The translations under genes and the position numbers were made by a program. This document shows positions 34,159 through 43,993 of a stretch of DNA of 61,464 nucleotides, piece by piece (position 1 is the first letter of the stretch; each line of letters opens with the position of its first letter). Source of the DNA: Candidatus Margulisiibacteriota bacterium (GTDB lineage: Bacteria; Margulisbacteria; WOR-1; O2-12-FULL-45-9); contig JAYEOW010000046.1 of assembly GCA_034723395.1 (NCBI GenBank), positions 1 through 61,464 of the forward strand, written 5' to 3'. The notes under the pieces were generated by a model. The model did not search any database, had not been told where the DNA came from, and was given only the letters and a program-made list of their open reading frames with translations.

Positions 34159-35008
34159 GGAACCACTTAACGATCTTGTTTAATGTTGACCTAAGATCTT
34201 TCCTTTCGCTTACGATATCGATCATCCCGTGCTCCAGCAGGTATTCCGACCGCTGGAATCCGGGCGGTAATTTTTGGCGGATCGTCTGCTCAATAACCCG
34301 GGGACCGGCAAAACAGATCAGCGCCCCCGGCTCGGCGATATTAATATCTCCCAGCATCGCGTAGCTGGCGGAGGTCCCTCCGGTGGTTGGATCCGTTAGT
34401 ACCGAAATATAGGGGAGGCGGTTCTCACGAAGCCTTCCCAGCGCGGCGGAGGTCTTTGCCATCTGCATAAGGCTCATGATCCCCTCCTGCATACGGGCGC
34501 CGCCTGAGGAAGAAAAGATTATAACCGGGGCTTTTTTTTCGATCCCCAGCTCTATTAGGCGGGAGACTTTTTCGCCGACTACCGATCCCATGCTCCCTCC
34601 CATGAAAGAAAAGTCCATAATTCCGATCGCGACAGGAGTACTATCGATCTTTCCCATGCCGGTAACGATCGCATTTTTCAGGGACGACTTTGCGACCGCC
34701 CCTTTAATCCGGTCGGTATACGATTTGGAATCTTTAAAGTTCAGGAAGTTTTTGGATTTTATGTTGGGATTGATCTCTTTGAAACTTTTTTCATCAAGCA
34801 GCTGTTTTAGGCGTTCTTCTGCGGTAAGCTTAAAATGATAGTTGCACTTTGGGCATACCTTTAGGTCCGCTTCCAGATCTTTGGTAAATATCGCCTGGCT
34901 GCATTTGTAGCATTTAACCCACAAGTTGCCGGGGATATCGAGCCTTTCGCTGACAAAGGCCGGCTCTTTTTCTTGTTTTTTGCGTTTAAACCAATCGTGA
35001 ATACCCAA
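34148..35008 (-). CDS. accD: Acetyl-CoA carboxylase carboxyltransferase beta subunit
   Basis: Zn ribbon CYKC...CPKC; FMGGSMGSVVGEK; GGARMQEG. Confidence 0.98.
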   Translation of the reverse strand: MGIHDWFKRKKQEKEPAFVSERLDIPGNLWVKCYKCSQAIFTKDLEADLKVCPKCNYHFKLTAEERLKQLLDEKSFKEINPNIKSKNFLNFKDSKSYTDRIKGAVAKSSLKNAIVTGMGKIDSTPVAIGIMDFSFMGGSMGSVVGEKVSRLIELGIEKKAPVIIFSSSGGARMQEGIMSLMQMAKTSAALGRLRENRLPYISVLTDPTTGGTSASYAMLGDINIAEPGALICFAGPRVIEQTIRQKLPPGFQRSEYLLEHGMIDIVSERKDLRSTLNKIVKWFHET

Positions 35009-35077
35009 AGTGCTTGCTATGATAGTTTAGATTGTGATAGTATGTCAAGTCCGCACCGTGATCGAAGGAGGAAGAAT

Positions 35078-35332
35078 ATGGCGCAAAGACTAAAATCAGG
35101 GAAGAAGAGGGTTCGTAGTTCAGAGAAGAGAAGGGTAAGAAATTTAAAGACTAAAAATGCGATCAAAAAAGCCTTAAAAGCTGCCCAAAAATCGATTAAA
35201 GCTAAAGCGCTTGAAGCAAAAGAGCTTGTGAAAAAAGCGGTATCTGTTCTAGACAGAGCGGTAGAACGCGGGATTATTCACAAGAATAAAGCAGCCCGAA
35301 AGAAATCACGTTTGCAGAAAAAGCGCAAATAG
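35078..35332 (+). CDS. rpsT: 30S ribosomal protein S20
   Basis: KSGKKRVR..EKRRVRN...GIIHKNKAARKKSRL; SD AAGGAGG. Confidence 0.96.
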   Translation: MAQRLKSGKKRVRSSEKRRVRNLKTKNAIKKALKAAQKSIKAKALEAKELVKKAVSVLDRAVERGIIHKNKAARKKSRLQKKRK

Positions 35333-36156
35333 TGAAGCTTCGGGCCTACGCAAAACTTAATCTCTCCCTGCGCATATTCGAAAAGCGCCCCGACGGGTTT
35401 CACGACCTGGAATCGATTATGCAGTCCATATCACTTTATGACTCTATCACCTTATCACCTCTTTCATCCGGTATCGAAGTGATCTGTAGTGATCCTGCGG
35501 TGCCCAAAGGGCAGGATAATATTGCTTGTAAGGCGGCGGAACTATTTTTTAGACAGAAGACCAAAGACCAAAGACAACAGACCGGGATTAAGATTCATAT
35601 TGAGAAGAGGATACCGATGGCGGCGGGATTGGCGGGAGGATCGGCGGATGCGGCGGCAGTATTGTATGGGTTGAATCAGATGGAAAATGCCGAATTCCGA
35701 ATGCCGAATGACGAATTAATGAAAATTGGATCCGAAATTGGATCGGATGTGCCGTTTTGTTTGGTCGGTGGGACCTGTTTGGTAAAAGGCCGGGGGGAGA
35801 TCGTGGAGAAGCAGGAGCCGTGGCCAAAAACGTATTTTGTCCTGGTTACGCCTAACATTCATGTTTCTACAAAGTGGGCTTATGAAGAAATTGATCGTTT
35901 GCATCTGAATCTTCCTGAAGATATCAAGAACGATCTGGAGCCGGTAGTAGTTTCAAAACATGATGTGATAACCGAGATCAAAGAGAAACTGGTTAAACTC
36001 GGCTGCAATGAAGCCCAAATGTCCGGTTCCGGCCCTTCGGTATTTGGGATTGTTAGAGATAAAGCAAGGGGAGAAAAAATTCTAAGCGCGATGAAAGAAG
36101 ATCACTCCAGAGCGTATCTTGTCGAGACGATTGACAAAGGAGTTGAGCATTGCTAA
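35332..36156 (+). CDS. ispE: 4-diphosphocytidyl-2-C-methyl-D-erythritol kinase
   Basis: AKLNLSL; KRIPMAAGLAGGSADAAA; GSDVPF; MSGSGPSVF. Confidence 0.96.
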   Translation: MKLRAYAKLNLSLRIFEKRPDGFHDLESIMQSISLYDSITLSPLSSGIEVICSDPAVPKGQDNIACKAAELFFRQKTKDQRQQTGIKIHIEKRIPMAAGLAGGSADAAAVLYGLNQMENAEFRMPNDELMKIGSEIGSDVPFCLVGGTCLVKGRGEIVEKQEPWPKTYFVLVTPNIHVSTKWAYEEIDRLHLNLPEDIKNDLEPVVVSKHDVITEIKEKLVKLGCNEAQMSGSGPSVFGIVRDKARGEKILSAMKEDHSRAYLVETIDKGVEHC

Positions 36157-36959
36157 ATTTTGTTTTTACGATCGACGGCGACTGGGGAGAATATTTCTGC
36201 CCTAATCTTTCTGAAGAGCAGAGAAAACCAAAAAAAGATGTGGTCCTTGACCTGGTAAAGAGAGAAATAGCGTTGGCGAAAACAATTGACAATAAATTTC
36301 TTCACTTTGTTCATTCCTCCGATCGCGCCCGCGATTTTTTCCTTGAGCCGGAATTTATTTCGATCTGGAAGGATGTTGAGAAAAACGGCGGCAGTATCGG
36401 GGTCCATTGCCACGAGGACGATCCGGAGAAAGCCTCGTTTACCGAAGATGAAGCGCGGATGAAGAGAGAGATCGGAGCTTTAACCGGTAAATTAAGAAAA
36501 AGCGGATTGCATCCGATCGCTTATCGCGGCGGGTATCTGGCTTTTAACGCTAAGCTCATCCCTATTTTAGAGAATAATAATCTTTATTTGGATTTTTCCT
36601 GCGAACCGGACAGGTATATTAGCGGAGCAGCCGATTGGAGGGATTCGCCTGATAATGTTTATCGGATGGGTTGGGATGACCACCGGAGGGTGGGTGAGAG
36701 TAAGGTTTATGAAGTTCCTTTGGGATGGGGGATGTACCTCGAATTAACCTCGCTCTGGCATACATTTCAATCGGCGAGGCGGTGGAGAGCAAGAGCGGAA
36801 AACGAGGAGGTCATTGTTTCGGTTTTGGCCCACACCTATGATTTTAGTTCATGGTGGATGAGGATCAAACTAAGATTGGCCCTTACAATCCTTAAAAGAT
36901 ATGGTACATTTATCAATGCGGACGAAGTTTATGCTTTGGTGACTGGCGCCTCAGAATAA
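36150..36959 (+). CDS. Polysaccharide deacetylase-like (CE4 fold) protein
   Basis: FTIDGD, IGVHCH, YRGG, DFS and EVP motifs. Confidence 0.65.
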   Translation: MLNFVFTIDGDWGEYFCPNLSEEQRKPKKDVVLDLVKREIALAKTIDNKFLHFVHSSDRARDFFLEPEFISIWKDVEKNGGSIGVHCHEDDPEKASFTEDEARMKREIGALTGKLRKSGLHPIAYRGGYLAFNAKLIPILENNNLYLDFSCEPDRYISGAADWRDSPDNVYRMGWDDHRRVGESKVYEVPLGWGMYLELTSLWHTFQSARRWRARAENEEVIVSVLAHTYDFSSWWMRIKLRLALTILKRYGTFINADEVYALVTGASE

Positions 36960-36986
36960 ATTCTGGGGATAATTATAGGATATTTC

Positions 36987-37928
36987 ATGAAAATTGGCAT
37001 TGCAAAAGAGAATAGGCCGTTAGAAAAGAGGGTGATCATTTCTCCCCCGGAACTGGCGAAGATCGCGGCCAGGAACGAAGTAATTGTTGAAAAAGGTGCA
37101 GGAGTAGGCATAGGGATCATAGATTCTGACTATGAGAAGATCGGGGCCAAGATTGGAACACCGGAGGAAGTTTATGCTTGTGATCTGGTAGTGCGGATCA
37201 AAGAGCCGAATGAAAAAGAGGTAGGCATGATGAAGCAGGGAGGGGTTCTCCTTTCCATGATGCATATTCGCTGTAATATTGAACTCGAAAATAACCTTAA
37301 AAAGAAAAAGGCGATCGCGGTCCCTATTGAAAATATTAAAAATCCATTTGGAAAAAGAATGGTTGAAGCGGTAGAAGAATCGGGCAGGATCGGGATGGAG
37401 TACAGTTTTAAACTTTGGGGGAAAGATCCCGAATTTGCGAACGTTAAGATCATGGGGTACGGGAACATTTCGGTCGGAGCAATTCGCTGTGCTTCGCGTA
37501 AAAGAGCGAATGTGACGATCTTGAACCGAAAACATTATCCGGAAATGGAAAAATATCTTCCGGGGACAGACATTCTGGTGGATGCGGTCAATCGTCCCTT
37601 CCGTAGAGAAGTAAAAAAAGAACCTCCCTTTGTAACCAAAGCAATGCTAAAGTTATTTAAAAAGGGATCGGTACTGGTCGATCTGGTCTCAAATCCGGTC
37701 GGGCATGCTCCGATCGAGACGATGAAGCCCACCTATATGGATAAGCCCTTTTTTACAGTCGATGGGATCTACCATACTTCACTTTGGGGCTGGCCGGCGA
37801 TGGAGCCGGAGACGATTGCTAAGCGTTACAGCATCCAGATTGCCCCTTTTATTCTGGATATCGCGGATAACGGGATTGACGGGGTTTCGAACCCGGTAAA
37901 AAATGCTATAATCAGATTTGATGGCTAA
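36987..37928 (+). CDS. Alanine dehydrogenase/PNT-family oxidoreductase (short)
   Basis: MKIGIAKE...EKRV...VEKGAG.G...D.DY..IGA; RIKEP; Rossmann motif IMGYGN; GSVLVDL. Confidence 0.75.
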   Translation: MKIGIAKENRPLEKRVIISPPELAKIAARNEVIVEKGAGVGIGIIDSDYEKIGAKIGTPEEVYACDLVVRIKEPNEKEVGMMKQGGVLLSMMHIRCNIELENNLKKKKAIAVPIENIKNPFGKRMVEAVEESGRIGMEYSFKLWGKDPEFANVKIMGYGNISVGAIRCASRKRANVTILNRKHYPEMEKYLPGTDILVDAVNRPFRREVKKEPPFVTKAMLKLFKKGSVLVDLVSNPVGHAPIETMKPTYMDKPFFTVDGIYHTSLWGWPAMEPETIAKRYSIQIAPFILDIADNGIDGVSNPVKNAIIRFDG

Positions 37929-38943
37929 AAGAGGTTATGTGACAGGGAACCCAGAAATCGACTCCGAGATTGATCGGTTGGCCAAGAAATACAGCACTCC
38001 GCGCACCCGCGAATATATTCAACAGCTTTTCATGACCGTGGTAAAACTTCACCTCGATAAAGCTGACGAGCGGGACCTTTATTTGGTAAATGTTACCTTA
38101 AAAGAACTCCGCCACATTTTTCGGACCTTTAATAAATACCGCGATGTTAGAAAAGTGGTTATTTTTGGCTCCCATCGCAGCCTGCCAAAAAGTAAAGAGT
38201 ATAAGATAACCGAAAATTTTGCCAGAAAAATTGTTGAGCGGGATTGGATGGTAATTACCGGCGGGGGCGGGGGAGTAATGGAGGCGGGGAACCTCGGTGC
38301 CGGGAAGAAAGGTTTCGCGGTAAAGATCAAGCTCCCACAGGAATTTAAACCGAACCCTTATGTTTCGCGCGGCGAAAAACTAATTAACGTAAAGTATTTC
38401 TTTACCAGGAAATTGGCGTTCCTGAAAGAGTCGGACGCCACGGTCCTTTTTCCGGGCGGTTTTGGGACCCACGACGAAGGCTTCGAGGTTTTAACTTTGC
38501 TTCAGACCGGAAAAGCAACCCCGCGGCCGATCGTTTTTGTCGAGTCGCCAGGGAAGACTTACTGGAAAACCTGGTTCCGTTTCCTGAAAAAGGAATTGTT
38601 GCGGGGTAAGTATCTAATCGGTCCCGATTTCAAGCTTTTTAGCGTTGTTAATTCTGCGGAAGCGGCGGTAAAGGAGGTTACGGATTTTTATCGCGTCTAT
38701 CATTCGATCAGGTACGGGAAAGAGATCACGATCGTCCGCTTAAACGAGAAGGTTTCTGATAGGAAGCTGGAAAGGTTGAGCGGTAAATACCAGGATATGA
38801 TCGATGGCGGGATAAGGCCGAGCGGTCCGCTCCCTTCGGAAGTCAGGGGTAAAGAGCTGCTGGATAAACCGCGTATTTGTATGAAGTTCGACCGGAAGAG
38901 TTTTGGCAGGCTGATGGAGTTTATCCGCGATTTAAACGGTTAA
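37921..38943 (+). CDS. LOG family (lysine decarboxylase-like) nucleotide-binding protein
   Basis: ITGGGGGVMEAGN.GA; YFFTRK..F; FPGGFGTHDE. Confidence 0.9.
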   Translation: MAKRGYVTGNPEIDSEIDRLAKKYSTPRTREYIQQLFMTVVKLHLDKADERDLYLVNVTLKELRHIFRTFNKYRDVRKVVIFGSHRSLPKSKEYKITENFARKIVERDWMVITGGGGGVMEAGNLGAGKKGFAVKIKLPQEFKPNPYVSRGEKLINVKYFFTRKLAFLKESDATVLFPGGFGTHDEGFEVLTLLQTGKATPRPIVFVESPGKTYWKTWFRFLKKELLRGKYLIGPDFKLFSVVNSAEAAVKEVTDFYRVYHSIRYGKEITIVRLNEKVSDRKLERLSGKYQDMIDGGIRPSGPLPSEVRGKELLDKPRICMKFDRKSFGRLMEFIRDLNG

Positions 38944-40159
38944 ACCTCGAGAGGAAGCGGTCGAAAACCCCGACACTTAAAATGGTGATCCCCAGGCAGA
39001 TTATTATGATGCGGAGCCCGATCCGGTCAGCCATCTCTCCCAGTATGACGACCGGAAAAGTAAAAGCTGAGTTGATCAGCATGTTTTGCATCCCAAAAAC
39101 CCGTCCCCGGATGATCCGCGGCACCCTTTCGTGCAGGATGGTCTGGAGCGGGGTGATAATAAACGCATTCCCCAGTCCTAGAAGGAACACAAGCGTAAAG
39201 ACTATCCAGACGGTCGTCAACTTGCTCAGTAGAAGCAGGGAAAAACCTGCCAACAGGAAACCCGTGAAAACCAGGTTCCTTTTTTTAAAGCGGTGGCTGA
39301 ATTTTCCCAGGAGCAGGCCGCCGAACGCCATGCCGGATCCCGCTGCAAAGATCAGATAGCCGAAGTTTGCCGCTCCAATCCTTAATATTTTCTCGGAAAA
39401 ATTTACCGCCAGCAAACAGACTACGGCCAGGACAGATGTGGCAAGGAACATCTTTAATAGTGAATAGCGGATCAGCGGTTTTCTCCGGATAAACTCCAGT
39501 CCCATCAGCAACTCTTTAAAGAGATGGATAATCCCGTCCTTGGTCACTTTTTTCCTGTGGTTAAGCGAGATCATAAATGTTGCCAAAGTTGAGGCAAGGT
39601 GGAGTGCCGCCGAAATTATCAGGACGATCCTGATGCCAAAATAATTGGTTAGCGGAGCGGCCATCCCGATCCCGATGATCGAAGCGACCATTAACGTGAT
39701 CATAAAGAGCGAATTGGCCGCTATCAAGTCGCGCTTTTCCACCAGCAGGGGGATGCTTGATATCTCGGCCGGCGAGAAGAACTGGGAAACAGAAAAGATT
39801 ATAAAGCTGATCAGAAAAAGAATGCCGATCGGTTCATTGATCAGCGGGATGACCAGCAGGATCAATAGTCCGCGTAGAATATTGGAAACGATCATGACCC
39901 GCTTTTTGTTCCAGCGGTCGACAAAAACCCCGGCCGTCGGCCCAAAGACCACCGCAGAGGCGCCGAAAGCGAGCATCGGCACGCTGACCCCCAGGTTGCT
40001 CTTGGTCAGCTGGTAGGCCAGGATGAGCAGGACATAAAGCAGAAACCGGTCGGCTAGTTGGGACATAAGCTGGTCGAGCCAGAGAAATAAGAAGTTCTTG
40101 TTCCTAAGCACATGGGAGAACCTGGCCCGCTTCGGGAGTTTTAGCAGATCTTCTGTCAT
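38921..40159 (-). CDS. MFS transporter
   Basis: About 12 TM segments; GVFVDRWNKKRVM motif A; RGRVFG. Confidence 0.92.
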   Translation of the reverse strand: MTEDLLKLPKRARFSHVLRNKNFLFLWLDQLMSQLADRFLLYVLLILAYQLTKSNLGVSVPMLAFGASAVVFGPTAGVFVDRWNKKRVMIVSNILRGLLILLVIPLINEPIGILFLISFIIFSVSQFFSPAEISSIPLLVEKRDLIAANSLFMITLMVASIIGIGMAAPLTNYFGIRIVLIISAALHLASTLATFMISLNHRKKVTKDGIIHLFKELLMGLEFIRRKPLIRYSLLKMFLATSVLAVVCLLAVNFSEKILRIGAANFGYLIFAAGSGMAFGGLLLGKFSHRFKKRNLVFTGFLLAGFSLLLLSKLTTVWIVFTLVFLLGLGNAFIITPLQTILHERVPRIIRGRVFGMQNMLINSAFTFPVVILGEMADRIGLRIIIICLGITILSVGVFDRFLSRFNRLNRG

Positions 40160-40222
40160 ATAAAGCGAAAGTATATCATTACTAGGTCAAATAAGGCAAA
40201 TTGTGATATACTTTTGCGATAA

Positions 40223-40735
40223 ATGAGAATTGAAGAACTCCGGACGATCAATAAAATACTAATCACTTTTTTCTTCCTCTTTGTGCTTTGGCTCCTTTTT
40301 ACCTTTAGCTTCGATCCTTTTTCTCTGCTGCTCGGAGGAATATTCTCCCTGATAATTTCGATGGCTACTTACGATCTTTTTATCGAAAAGGGAGAGGAGA
40401 TCCAAAAAGGGATCCTTCCCCGGTTCGAGTATTTCCTGATCTATTTTTTTGTAGTGCTCTGGGAGATATATCTGGGGAGTTTTAATGTGGTTTACCGGGT
40501 GTTAACGAGGAAGATAAATCCCGGAGTAGTAAAGATCAGGACCCGCTTAAAATCAAAGTTTGCCCGGGTGCTACTGGCCAACTCTATTACTTTAACTCCC
40601 GGAACGGTTACCATAGATCTGCAGGAAGATTGTTTATATGTCCATTGGCTGGCGGTTAAGACCGATAACGCCCATCAAGCAGCGCGTGTGATAAAAGGGA
40701 ATTACGAAGCGCAGCTTAAGAGGATATTCTATTGA
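40223..40735 (+). CDS. mnhE: Mrp/Mnh antiporter subunit E (MbhA-like)
   Basis: INPGVV...LANSITLTPGT...LYVHW. Confidence 0.92.
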   Translation: MRIEELRTINKILITFFFLFVLWLLFTFSFDPFSLLLGGIFSLIISMATYDLFIEKGEEIQKGILPRFEYFLIYFFVVLWEIYLGSFNVVYRVLTRKINPGVVKIRTRLKSKFARVLLANSITLTPGTVTIDLQEDCLYVHWLAVKTDNAHQAARVIKGNYEAQLKRIFY

Positions 40736-40995
40736 ATCCATTTTTGGTCATAACCTATATTTTATCGGTCACCTCTTTTTTGTGTTTGATCCGCATTGTC
40801 AGGGGACCGACCCATTTTGACCGGCTGATCGGGCTTAATCTGATGGTTTTAAATATTACGGTCATTATTGCTGCCCAAGCGGTCTATTATCAGCGCTACG
40901 TTTATTTTGACGTTGCCCTGGTCTATGCGATTTTGGGCTATATTTCGGTGATCGCTATTTCAAAATATTTAACGGGAAGGGAACTTCACAAGTGA
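40732..40995 (+). CDS. mnhF: Mrp/Mnh subunit F (MbhB-like)
   Basis: RIVRGPT..DR; DVALVYA. Confidence 0.9.
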   Translation: MNPFLVITYILSVTSFLCLIRIVRGPTHFDRLIGLNLMVLNITVIIAAQAVYYQRYVYFDVALVYAILGYISVIAISKYLTGRELHK

Positions 40996-41291
40996 TCATC
41001 ATCGCCAATCTATTTATCGGCTCGGGGCTCTTTTTTATGGTCTTTGGGGTATTGGGGCTGCTGATCTTTCCCGATCTCTACACCCGGCTTCATCCCGCCG
41101 GTAAAGCGGGGACAGCGGGGGTGCTTTCTATCTTTGTCGGGCTGATAATTTATTCCGGCTTTACTCCTCTTTCGCTGCGGATTATCCTGATCGCGCTTTT
41201 TATTGTAATTACCAGTCCGGTCGCTTCCCATGCGATAGCCCGCGGGGCGATCGAATCGGGAATCAAGCCGTGGGAGGCAAATAAGAAATGA
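40992..41291 (+). CDS. mnhG: Mrp/Mnh subunit G (MbhC-like)
   Basis: FPDLYTRLH; TSPVASHAIAR. Confidence 0.92.
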   Translation: MIIIANLFIGSGLFFMVFGVLGLLIFPDLYTRLHPAGKAGTAGVLSIFVGLIIYSGFTPLSLRIILIALFIVITSPVASHAIARGAIESGIKPWEANKK

Positions 41292-41518
41292 TCGAGCTTT
41301 TTCTTATTTTTTTAGTTGTTACCGCCCTGATCGCGATCGAGATGAAAGATCTTCTAAATTCGGCTATAGTTTTGGCCGCTTTCAGCCTGGTGCTTACTTT
41401 TCTTTTCTTTAGCCTGCACGCTCTGGATATTGCTATTGCTGAAGCGGCGGTGGGAGCCGGGGTTTCCACGGTCCTTTTTGTTGTAGCCATTAGTAAAACC
41501 AGGAGGCATGAAGAATGA
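41288..41518 (+). CDS. DUF4040/MbhD-like subunit
   Basis: ALDIAIAEAAVGAG. Confidence 0.88.
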   Translation: MIELFLIFLVVTALIAIEMKDLLNSAIVLAAFSLVLTFLFFSLHALDIAIAEAAVGAGVSTVLFVVAISKTRRHEE

Positions 41519-41778
41519 ACCGGATAGTTGCGGTGATCGTACTGCTGATATTAGCGTTCTTTCTTTTCAGCGCGGTCAGGCTGGATTACGGCCATCCGCG
41601 GCAGGGATTATCCGAATACTTTATTGCCTACGGGGTGGCGCAAACCGGGGCTTTGAACACGGTAACTTCCATATATCTTAACTACAGGGTGTACGATACC
41701 CTTGGTGAAGCGACCGTGTTTTTTGCGGCGGCTTTGGGGGTTTTTATGCTGTTGCGAAAGGAGGGGGAAGAGAAATAG
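41515..41778 (+). CDS. MbhE-like subunit
   Basis: NTVTSIYLNYRVYDTLGE. Confidence 0.88.
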   Translation: MNRIVAVIVLLILAFFLFSAVRLDYGHPRQGLSEYFIAYGVAQTGALNTVTSIYLNYRVYDTLGEATVFFAAALGVFMLLRKEGEEK

Positions 41779-41779
41779 A

Positions 41780-42202
41780 ATGAACAGAAAATCGGCGATA
41801 GTAAAAGTATTTACCCGTAAGCTATTCCCCTTTATTTTGCTTTACGGGTGCTACTTGATATCCCATGGCCATCTTTCTCCGGGGGGTGGTTTCCAGGGCG
41901 GGGTGATCTTTGGCTCGGCTTTGATCCTGCTGGGACTGGTTGAAGGGGTGGCGTTGGCGGAAAAGAGGTTTAAAGAGGATTTCTTGTCCTTAGCAAAAAA
42001 CATCGGGATGCTGATCTTTATTCTGGTCGGATTTACCGGAATGATCTTGGGCTATTCTTTTCTTTCTGATTTCCTGCCCCAGGGTGAGGTGGGGACCGTT
42101 CCCGGCGCCGGGCTTATTCTTTTCCTCAACCTGACAATCGGTTTTATGGTCGGGACCGGTATCGCGGTAATATTTTACAGGATGGTGAGGCACGGGTCAT
42201 GA
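41780..42202 (+). CDS. mnhB: MnhB/MbhF-like subunit
   Basis: HGHLSPGGGFQGG; start at ATG 41780. Confidence 0.9.
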   Translation: MNRKSAIVKVFTRKLFPFILLYGCYLISHGHLSPGGGFQGGVIFGSALILLGLVEGVALAEKRFKEDFLSLAKNIGMLIFILVGFTGMILGYSFLSDFLPQGEVGTVPGAGLILFLNLTIGFMVGTGIAVIFYRMVRHGS

Positions 42203-42528
42203 TCAATGGGATTAATATAGGGATAGTGGTTGTTTTGGTCGGGATCTATGGACTGCTGACCAAGAGAAATATCATTAAAATGATCATGTCGCTCTGTATC
42301 ATGAATTCGGGCGTGATCTTATTCTTTATAAGTATCGGGTATGTCTTTGGCGGCCAGGCGGCTATTTTTGAGGATTCAAGCAGTTTGATGGTCGATCCTT
42401 TGCCGCAGGCGGTAATGCTGACTGCGATTGTGATCGGCTTGGGGGTTACCGCGCTGGCGCTGGCGCTGGCGATCAAGATCTATGATGAATATAAAACACT
42501 GGATACAAATAAGTTGTTAGAAAAATAG
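42199..42528 (+). CDS. mnhC: MnhC/MbhG-like subunit
   Basis: VDPLPQAVMLTAIVI. Confidence 0.93.
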   Translation: MINGINIGIVVVLVGIYGLLTKRNIIKMIMSLCIMNSGVILFFISIGYVFGGQAAIFEDSSSLMVDPLPQAVMLTAIVIGLGVTALALALAIKIYDEYKTLDTNKLLEK

Positions 42529-42529
42529 T

Positions 42530-43993
42530 ATGGGACATGCGCCAATATTAATTGTTGTTATCCCTTTGCTGGCCGCTTTCCTGACCCACTTGACAAAATA
42601 TGTTAAGTTGAAAAGGGGAGCGGAGATAGTAGCGGCTATCGGGATGGTTGTTCCGCTGGCCCTGCTCCTCTCTTTGGGGAGAGGGGTGATTGCGGGAGGT
42701 TCGGTCCAATACAATTTGGGCGGATGGCCGCCGCCGGTTGGGATAAGCCTGACCATAGATGGGTTAAGTTTCTTTTTTGCTTTAATGGTCCTGGGGATAG
42801 GCCTCTTGATCGTTTTATATTCCCTCGGTATTTACATCTTTGCCAGAAGGTATTATTCGCTGCTGCTGATCGCCCTTTCCGGGATATTGGGATTGGTCCT
42901 GACCCGGGATATATTTAACATGTATGTCTTTTTTGAGGTCCTGGCGGTGGCTTCTTATGTTCTGGTTGCTTACAAGCATAAGCCGCGGGCGGTAAAAGCG
43001 AGTTTTAAATATCTGATAATGACCGAAGCGGCCTGGGTTTTATTCCTTCTGGCGATCGCGATTTTGTATGGATTGACCGGATCGTTGAACATGGATAGCA
43101 TTGCCCTTCAAATTGACAAGATCTATCAGGCCAATCCTCAGGTTATCTATCTGGTATTTTCCCTGATGATGGTTTCCTTCGGGATCAAATGCGGGATGTT
43201 TCCCTTGCACACATGGATCCCTGAGGTCCACTCTCAGGCTCCCACGCCGGTAAGCAGCCTTCTTTCGGGATTAATCCTAAAGGTCGGCTTATATGCCATG
43301 CTGCGTATCTTTTTTCTTTTCTTTGGGACGACGCTCCTTTTGCAAAGCGCCGGCCAATTGGTCCTTTACTTGGGAGTGATTACACTTGTCTTAGGCGCTT
43401 GTTTGGCTCTGGTCCAAGACGAGCTTAAGAAACTGCTAGCTTATTCAAGTATCAGCCAGATCGGATTTGTCCTGGTGGGGATAGGGCTAGGGACAGAATT
43501 AGGCTTGAAGGGTGGATTGTTTCACATTTTTAATCACGCTTTGATAAAAGCGGCGCTCTTCTTTTGCGCGGGGATCATCATATCCCAGATCGGATTCTGG
43601 AGAATTTCCCGGATGAAGGGGATCTGGAGGCAGATGCCGGGGGTCACATTTTCATTTTGTATCTTGTCGCTGGCGATAATCGGGGTTCCTCCCTTTAATG
43701 GTTTTGTCAGCAAGTTGTTTATTCTTCAGGCTACGCTGGCGCAAAAAAATTATCTGGTGATAGTTTTTCTGTTCATGGGGATCCTCCTGACTGCGGCTTA
43801 TTATTTCCGGGTTATTCAAACCTTTTTTTCTCCGGAAGAATTTCAGCATAAACCTGATTTTGTGCCGCAACCAGTGGGGCCTTTTGAGCATCTTTCAACC
43901 TACGTGGTTGCTGTTCTCTGTCTTTTAGTGGGGCTTTTTCCGGATGTGGTTATAAAATTCATCCAACCGGCAATTAAGGTGCTGCTGCCATGA
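42530..43993 (+). CDS. mnhD: MnhD/MbhH-like proton-conducting subunit
   Basis: GGWPPPVGI; DIFNMYVFFE; FPLHTWIPE.H..AP; LAYSSISQ.G. Confidence 0.92.
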   Translation: MGHAPILIVVIPLLAAFLTHLTKYVKLKRGAEIVAAIGMVVPLALLLSLGRGVIAGGSVQYNLGGWPPPVGISLTIDGLSFFFALMVLGIGLLIVLYSLGIYIFARRYYSLLLIALSGILGLVLTRDIFNMYVFFEVLAVASYVLVAYKHKPRAVKASFKYLIMTEAAWVLFLLAIAILYGLTGSLNMDSIALQIDKIYQANPQVIYLVFSLMMVSFGIKCGMFPLHTWIPEVHSQAPTPVSSLLSGLILKVGLYAMLRIFFLFFGTTLLLQSAGQLVLYLGVITLVLGACLALVQDELKKLLAYSSISQIGFVLVGIGLGTELGLKGGLFHIFNHALIKAALFFCAGIIISQIGFWRISRMKGIWRQMPGVTFSFCILSLAIIGVPPFNGFVSKLFILQATLAQKNYLVIVFLFMGILLTAAYYFRVIQTFFSPEEFQHKPDFVPQPVGPFEHLSTYVVAVLCLLVGLFPDVVIKFIQPAIKVLLP

